Shown in pieces: positions 29,895 through 34,913 of a stretch of 34,913 nucleotides of DNA (the stretch's first letter is position 1; every line of letters starts with the position of its first letter). A model generated the notes under the pieces. It saw nothing but the letters and a program-made list of their open reading frames with translations, ran no database searches and was not told where the DNA came from. The position numbers and the translations under genes are program-made. The stretch is from an uncultured Lachnospiraceae bacterium (GTDB taxonomy: Bacteria > Bacillota > Clostridia > Lachnospirales > Lachnospiraceae), in the NCBI GenBank assembly GCA_947383945.1, contig CANDFH010000005.1:86791-121703 (forward strand). Reading direction: 5' to 3'.

Positions 29895-32288
29895 TTACAT
29901 TACAAGAATTACTTCATTTTCCTCTGCCATATCCGCTGCTGCCACATAAGGCTTATCCAGTTTCTTTCCATTCAGAGAAAACTCCTGAAAGCCTCCCTCC
30001 GCGCCGTTTGGATTCTTTACAACAATATGAAGCTTTTTGCCGCGGAACACTTTATCCATCGTAAATTCCTTCCAATCTGCCGGAACTGCCGGGCAGATCC
30101 AAAGACCGTCAAGATCCGGGCGCATACCGCAGATTCCTTCCACACAGCCAACCATACAGGTGGAAGCTGTTCCGGTCAGCCAATGCACGTGAGAACGTCC
30201 CTCAAACGGGGATTCTGTACTCTCAGTAAACTGTCCATGTACGTAAGGCTCAAGCTTTCTTGTATCCGCATCGTCATTCTGGGAAGCCGGAGAACTCTCC
30301 GTAAAGTACTCAAACGCGCGGTTTCCATGTCCCATCAGGGCTTCTGCCAGAATAATCCATCCCTGCGGCTGTGAGAAAATACCGCCGTTCTCCTTTGTGG
30401 ACGGGTTAAACAAAAGTGCCAGCGCGCCGTCAAACGCATGATCTACATAAGATGGAGCCATCACTCTTACACCGTACTTTGTATTTAACTCGCGGTGTAC
30501 CGACTCCAGAGCCTTTTCTGCCTGCTCTTTTGTCGCCAGACCACTGATTACTGCCCAGGACTGCGGGTTCAGCCACATACTTGCCTCCGGGTCATGCTTG
30601 GAACCAATCACCTGCCCGTCCTCCTTGATCCCGCGGACATAGCGGTCATCTTCCCAGCACTCCTTCTGGATAATATCGCCAAGCTCTTTCTGAGTTTTAT
30701 CAAGGTACGCAATATATTCCGTATCATTTAGATCGCTCGCAAAGCCTTTTAAAACTGTTATTGCATAGTACAGCTGCATTGCCACAAACGTAGACTCGCC
30801 CTTTTTGCCAAGACGCAGACAGTCGTTCCAGTCCGCATGAAGTCCCGCCGGCATTTTATGATCGCCAAGACGCTCCATTGAAAACTGTATCGCGCGCTTT
30901 AAGTGATCGTAAACCGTGCCTTCTTCCTTGTTTGCATAAGGAATCACTTCATTGATAAAATCCTTGTTGCCAGATTCTGACACATACTTCCACACCGTAG
31001 GGAACAGCCAGAGTGCATCGTCCGCGCGGTATGCCGGATGCCCTGTCGCACGCACATAAGAATCGTCGTCCGGCGTATCCTCATGACCCGCATTGTGATC
31101 GTACTTTACAAGAGGAAGCCCGCCGCCGTTATTTACCTGGGCAGAAAGCATAAAGCGAATCTGCTTTAACGCCATCTCCGGGTCAAGGTGAATAATACCC
31201 TGGATGTCCTGCACAGTATCGCGGTAACCGTAGCCGTTGCGCTGTCCGCAGTAAATGAACGACGCTGCCCTTGACCATGTAAATGTGATAAAGCACTGAT
31301 AAGCGTTCCATGTATTCACCATGCTGTTAAACGCTTCATCCGGCGTGCTGACCTGGAAATTTGCAAGTTTTGCATGCCAATAGTCGATCAATTCTTTCTT
31401 CTCCTGCTCGATAACCGCAAGATCTTCATAACCATTTACAATCTTTGCCGCAGCGGACGGAGTGGTCTGACCAAGAAGAAAAGCGATCTCTTTCGTCTCG
31501 CCAGGCTGCAATGTCAGAGCAGTATGTAATGCGCCGCAGCCGTTGGAATTGTAGTTTAACACATTGTCACATGCGCCGTTCTCAACAGCAACCGGATTGC
31601 CGTAAGTGTGATAATTGCCAAGAAACGCAGCTTTATCGCCGTTGTAGGAAGTCACCGGCGCGCCTGCCATCGCAAAGAAACGCTCCCTCCAGTTGCTGCC
31701 TTCCTCGTTCTTGCCGCAATTTTCGTTGATGCTCTGAACAATCATATTATTTTTAAAGTATGTTCTTGTGATAAACAGCGTATACTGCAAATTCACCTGA
31801 TCCTGCTCATAATTGCTGTCGTTTGTAAACTCAGCATAGCCAAATGCAGAAATTTTGCGCACCTTGTCCGTTGTGTTTGTAATCTTCGCGCGCCAAACTT
31901 CGTAAGTCTTATTTAACGGTACATAGTAAAGTACCTCTGAATGGATGCCCGCATAATCCGCAGCGATATTTGTGTAAGCAGTTCCATGACGGCACTCGCT
32001 TTTATAAGTATCAAGCGGTTTTGCCACCGGCTGCCACGATGCCGACCAAAAGTCCTTTGTCTCGTCATCCCTGAGATAAACATAGCGTCCCGGCGTATCG
32101 TCGCTGTTAAAATGATAGCGGATAATTCGCCCGTTCGCACCGCTCTTTACAAAACTGTAACCCCCCGCATTGTTTGAAATAATTGCGCCGTAAGCCGGAG
32201 AGCCAAGATAATTTGCCCATGGTGCCGGCGTGTTCGGCTTTGTAATTACATACTCTTTTGCCGCCTCATCAAAATAACCGTATTTCAT
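29895..32288 (-). CDS. GH94 glycoside phosphorylase (cellobiose/cellodextrin/chitobiose phosphorylase family)
   Basis: 797 aa. The N-terminus MKYGYFDEAAKEYVITKPNTPAPWANYLGSP...NNAGGYSF is near-identical in pattern to known cellobiose phosphorylases. The catalytic-Asp region ADWNDCLRLG is present. The 797-aa length also fits. Confidence 0.88.
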   Translation of the reverse strand: MKYGYFDEAAKEYVITKPNTPAPWANYLGSPAYGAIISNNAGGYSFVKSGANGRIIRYHFNSDDTPGRYVYLRDDETKDFWSASWQPVAKPLDTYKSECRHGTAYTNIAADYAGIHSEVLYYVPLNKTYEVWRAKITNTTDKVRKISAFGYAEFTNDSNYEQDQVNLQYTLFITRTYFKNNMIVQSINENCGKNEEGSNWRERFFAMAGAPVTSYNGDKAAFLGNYHTYGNPVAVENGACDNVLNYNSNGCGALHTALTLQPGETKEIAFLLGQTTPSAAAKIVNGYEDLAVIEQEKKELIDYWHAKLANFQVSTPDEAFNSMVNTWNAYQCFITFTWSRAASFIYCGQRNGYGYRDTVQDIQGIIHLDPEMALKQIRFMLSAQVNNGGGLPLVKYDHNAGHEDTPDDDSYVRATGHPAYRADDALWLFPTVWKYVSESGNKDFINEVIPYANKEEGTVYDHLKRAIQFSMERLGDHKMPAGLHADWNDCLRLGKKGESTFVAMQLYYAITVLKGFASDLNDTEYIAYLDKTQKELGDIIQKECWEDDRYVRGIKEDGQVIGSKHDPEASMWLNPQSWAVISGLATKEQAEKALESVHRELNTKYGVRVMAPSYVDHAFDGALALLFNPSTKENGGIFSQPQGWIILAEALMGHGNRAFEYFTESSPASQNDDADTRKLEPYVHGQFTESTESPFEGRSHVHWLTGTASTCMVGCVEGICGMRPDLDGLWICPAVPADWKEFTMDKVFRGKKLHIVVKNPNGAEGGFQEFSLNGKKLDKPYVAAADMAEENEVILVM

Positions 32289-32397
32289 ACCTTTACCCCT
32301 TTCTATGCATACTGCAAATAATTTTTATGCAGTACTGCATCATCACAAGTTTGAAATTATGTTTCTTTCAAACTATCTTTTTTGAATAGATACTTCT

Positions 32398-32426
32398 ATT
32401 TTATATGTTTTTTTTATAACTTGCAA
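32398..32426 (-). promoter_or_regulatory. candidate internal SigA promoter (-35 TTGCAA, 17 nt, -10 TAAAAT) upstream of the GH94 gene
   Basis: Minus read: TTGCAA(32421-32426)-17nt-TAAAAT(32398-32403). The ~100-nt leader contains the palindromes at 32304-32340. Confidence 0.4.
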
Positions 32427-32572
32427 TGTATTATTTTATATTCAGAAAATTTTTTCGCCGATTTACGAAATGTTTCGTATAAAAGCAATCAAATATAGAA
32501 GCAGTCAAAACAATATCCAAATCACAATACTGCAAAAAATAAGAATATTATTGCTGTTTTAGAAAAATACCA

Positions 32573-33610
32573 TTATCGCTTTGGCATCGGTTTTAAACAG
32601 AGCAGTGTTTGTCGGATTGCTTCTAACTGGCCGCGGACTGCTTTTGCATCTCCCCTCTTTAGTTTTTTCATTAAACTATCTTCTTTCCACTTAATATCCA
32701 TACTCCAAAAAGCATGAATGATCGCATACAGATAAGGGTACATTCGTTTTTGTTCTTCCGAAAACGGGCGTTCTTTGTTGTATCCTTCTAAAAATGCCGG
32801 AAGAATCACACTTTCTGGATCTTTGTATTCCTTTGGATACTCCATCAGCCTTGCCTGAAATACTGCTTGCATCACCGCATCACAATACAAATTGTTATCC
32901 CCACAGCGGTTAAAATCAAAAACTCCAAGATGCCCTTCTTTTGTCTGATACAAATTACAATCGCTGAAATCCCCCTGAACCGCATACCGCGGCTTACTTT
33001 TTAAAGGAGAAAGCACTTCCATGTATTCTTTATAAATTTTTGTAATATTTTCATACAAAGGCTGGTCAATCGCTAAAAACTCTTCTGCATGGGATAAAAA
33101 GTCCGTGTATGCAAACAAATCATTATCCGTAAACGGATCAAACAACACACTGTACTCTACATGAAATTGATTTGCTTCTGCAATATTATGTGTTTTTGCC
33201 AATAATTCACCCGCCTTTTTGGCAAGACAATCATCAATTTCTGAAAGTTCACCATCCACAAACTCCTCCACTGTTACAATCACAGAATATTTATCGATCC
33301 AATACCACTTTGCAAAATTCTGCCCTGTTTTATATAAGATTGGAGTATCAATTCCCGAATCTTTTAACAGCGCGGCAAACTGACTCTGTCTTTCAATCAA
33401 TTCTATAGACACATCAGGCTCATTTTTCAGCCGAACCACAACCGACGAGCCGTTTTGTAAATCCGCTTTTACAATAAGTCTTACTTCCCCAGACTCCAAA
33501 CCATCTTCCTTCGAATCATATCTTTGAAGTTCCGTATACGAAACTGCTTTGGAAGGAACATGATAATCCTTTAAAATTGCATCTATAGTACATAAAGAAA
33601 TCTCCAGCAT
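32573..33610 (-). CDS. APH/choline-kinase-fold phosphotransferase (putative sugar kinase) with non-canonical QGD catalytic loop
   Basis: 345 aa. Brenner-like motif VQGDFSDCNLY (Q in place of the usual H) and metal-binding GVFDFNRCGD. GGGAGGG RBS. First gene upstream of GH94. Confidence 0.65.
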   Translation of the reverse strand: MLEISLCTIDAILKDYHVPSKAVSYTELQRYDSKEDGLESGEVRLIVKADLQNGSSVVVRLKNEPDVSIELIERQSQFAALLKDSGIDTPILYKTGQNFAKWYWIDKYSVIVTVEEFVDGELSEIDDCLAKKAGELLAKTHNIAEANQFHVEYSVLFDPFTDNDLFAYTDFLSHAEEFLAIDQPLYENITKIYKEYMEVLSPLKSKPRYAVQGDFSDCNLYQTKEGHLGVFDFNRCGDNNLYCDAVMQAVFQARLMEYPKEYKDPESVILPAFLEGYNKERPFSEEQKRMYPYLYAIIHAFWSMDIKWKEDSLMKKLKRGDAKAVRGQLEAIRQTLLCLKPMPKR

Positions 33611-33717
33611 AAAAACCCTCCCAAATGTTTCGCACCTTGATTTTCTATGAATCTAACAAAAATAAGCAAAATTTTAATTTGATTGTAATATAGTGAATTA
33701 TTTTTATAAATTAAACT

Positions 33718-33747
33718 ATTATATACCGCATTTTATAGGCTTTTCAA
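33718..33747 (-). promoter_or_regulatory. SigA-type promoter (-35 TTGAAA, 18 nt, -10 TATAAT) for the kinase-GH94 operon
   Basis: Minus read: TTGAAA(33742-33747)-18nt-TATAAT(33718-33723), about 105 nt upstream of the kinase ATG. A tandem repeat lies immediately upstream. Confidence 0.5.
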
Positions 33748-33773
33748 AAGCTAGATATAATATCTATACACAA

Positions 33774-33844
33774 GTTACACTGTTCAAATATACTTTTCTA
33801 CAAGACATAAATTACACTGTTCAAATATACTTTTCTACAAGACA
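33774..33844. repeat. tandem direct repeat, two identical 33-nt units (period 37)
   Basis: TTACACTGTTCAAATATACTTTTCTACAAGACA occurs at 33775-33807 and 33812-33844, 27-97 bp upstream of the kinase promoter -35. Confidence 0.85.
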
Positions 33845-33967
33845 CAAATTATCAAAATATTCACTTTATTTCACTTAATTATAAACTTATTATTATATCA
33901 TATTATTTATGTTTTTTCAAGCAAAAAATGGTATCAATTTTTTTGAAAAAACAGCACCCTTTTTTGT

Positions 33968-33997
33968 TTGACAGAGTATTATTTTTTTTGATACAAT
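33968..33997 (+). promoter_or_regulatory. plus-strand SigA-type promoter (-35 TTGACA, 18 nt, -10 TACAAT), divergent from the kinase operon
   Basis: TTGACA(33968-33973)-18nt-TACAAT(33992-33997). It would give a ~310-nt leader before the 34318 ORF. Confidence 0.5.
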
Positions 33998-34317
33998 AAC
34001 AGCACAAGTTACAGTACAAAAGAAACTTGTTTTGTAGATAACTTGTTTGTATTTTGGAGCATTGGAACTGACATAATAAGTCTGGTTCGTCCAATGCCTG
34101 AACCCAATCTGCGCGCGGCGCGGGCAAATAACTACCATAAACAGAGCAGCCAAGCAGAATAAATACAAGGTCAAGATGCTTATACGGAATGTAATAGTTG
34201 GTATTAAAGATAAGGTCTTGCAACACGCTTGGCTGGGGTAGGGAGGAAAAGAGGGTTGAAGGGATACGAAAAATATTTTAAACTTAAACACCAAAATTAA
34301 AAAGGAGGTCAACTGAC

Positions 34318-34908
34318 ATGCCAAACAATCTTTTTAAACTACGAACTTTAAAGAAACTTATGGCTGGAATACTGACAATATTTTTATGTATGTCAAAAAT
34401 TCCAGTAGCAGTATTAGCTAATAACACTTTACCAGATTATACTGACACAGGAATTAGAATCGTTAAAGATAATGAAGTTGAATTAGTAGAACAACTGATA
34501 AATGAAAAATATATTTTATATTCCGAACTTTTATCTACAGAAGATGAAAATAAAAAGAACGATTTACAAAAAAGATATACTATAATATGTCAGAAACTGC
34601 AAAAACTTGGAGTAAGTGAAGAGCTCCTTGAGGATATTCCATTAATAAATAATCCTGAATTTGCTCCTTACGCCACTCTTCCTAGTTTTGAAGCACTGGA
34701 GCAATTGTTTAAGTTTGATACATTCTATCAATACGGCTATGTTGGGTCAACCGTTTACAAATTTTATAATGTACTGGTTCATGATAAAAATGGAAGTAAA
34801 TTACATAGCACAAAAAAAGACAGTATTATTTTATGCGGCTCTTTATCAAATGTAAATCAACGTGAGTTCGATGAGCATACTTATGCAAAAGTCATATTTC
34901 CAGTATGA
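34318..34908 (+). CDS. hypothetical secreted/membrane-anchored protein in AT-rich island
   Basis: 196 aa. AAAGGAGGT RBS 9 nt upstream. N-terminal hydrophobic segment LMAGILTIFLCMSKIPVAVLA. Very AT-rich codon usage unlike its neighbours. No recognisable domain. Confidence 0.55.
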   Translation: MPNNLFKLRTLKKLMAGILTIFLCMSKIPVAVLANNTLPDYTDTGIRIVKDNEVELVEQLINEKYILYSELLSTEDENKKNDLQKRYTIICQKLQKLGVSEELLEDIPLINNPEFAPYATLPSFEALEQLFKFDTFYQYGYVGSTVYKFYNVLVHDKNGSKLHSTKKDSIILCGSLSNVNQREFDEHTYAKVIFPV

Positions 34909-34913
34909 ATTGA

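Noticed and set aside
33774-33844. Possibility that the tandem repeat is a CRISPR array
   Set aside because: There are only two copies, separated by 4 nt with no spacers. The unit is not palindromic, and no cas genes are present.
33903-34324. Minus-strand ORFs of 107 and 135 aa in the AT-rich island
   Set aside because: Low-complexity, F/K/I-rich translations with no RBS. They overlap the predicted plus-strand promoter and leader and are probably spurious in AT-rich DNA. The 135-aa ORF (33917..34324) fully covers the 34080-34260 GC-rich patch, so a degraded gene remnant cannot be excluded.
1-34913. Search for transposases, integrases, tRNA/rRNA genes, toxin-antitoxin or defence genes
   Set aside because: No ORF showed DDE/HTH transposase, recombinase, nuclease/helicase defence or TA hallmarks. 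No tRNA-like cloverleaf or rRNA segments were evident.

Overview
Nearly all genes in this window lie on the minus strand, consistent with a Firmicutes/Clostridia-type chromosome.

(1) Positions 1-9644 hold the complete S10-spc ribosomal-protein cluster on the minus strand, in canonical order rpsJ-rplC-rplD-rplW-rplB-rpsS-rplV-rpsC-rplP-rpmC-rpsQ-rplN-rplX-rplE-rpsZ-rpsH-rplF-rplR-rpsE-rpmD-rplO. rplO is cut by the window edge. A near-consensus SigA promoter at 9945-9973 gives a leader of about 295 nt. Three intergenic spacers inside the cluster are unusually long.

(2) Positions 10168-12106 carry an RlmI-like class-I SAM methyltransferase and a LacI-family regulator. They sit where the str operon (rpsL-rpsG-fusA-tuf) is normally found.

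(3) Positions 12225-27693 look like a single co-directional operon of about 15.4 kb: promoter 27665-27693, then GH43-like lipoprotein, a 960-aa solute-binding protein, MalF/MalG-type permeases, an NHL beta-propeller protein, a Yip1-family membrane protein, an 851-aa lipoprotein of unknown function (DUF5696-like), MalF/MalG-type permeases, a 500-aa lipoprotein solute-binding protein, and a terminator at 12225-12262. It encodes two ATPase-less carbohydrate ABC importers around an uncharacterised envelope trio, and is the strongest candidate for a novel system.

(4) Positions 28356-33610 form a cytoplasmic phosphorolytic module: an APH/choline-kinase-fold kinase, a GH94 cellobiose-phosphorylase-like enzyme, and a 477-aa unassigned protein. 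It has its own promoters and is followed by a cluster of three terminator-like hairpins.

(5) Positions 33611-34913 are a visibly AT-rich island. It contains a 33-nt tandem direct repeat upstream of the kinase promoter, a divergent plus-strand promoter, a GC-rich structured leader and a 196-aa secreted hypothetical protein on the plus strand.

I saw no rRNA, tRNA, CRISPR or transposase signatures. Coordinates come from hand-indexing of the printed sequence. I could not compute hairpin energies, HMM hits or GC content.
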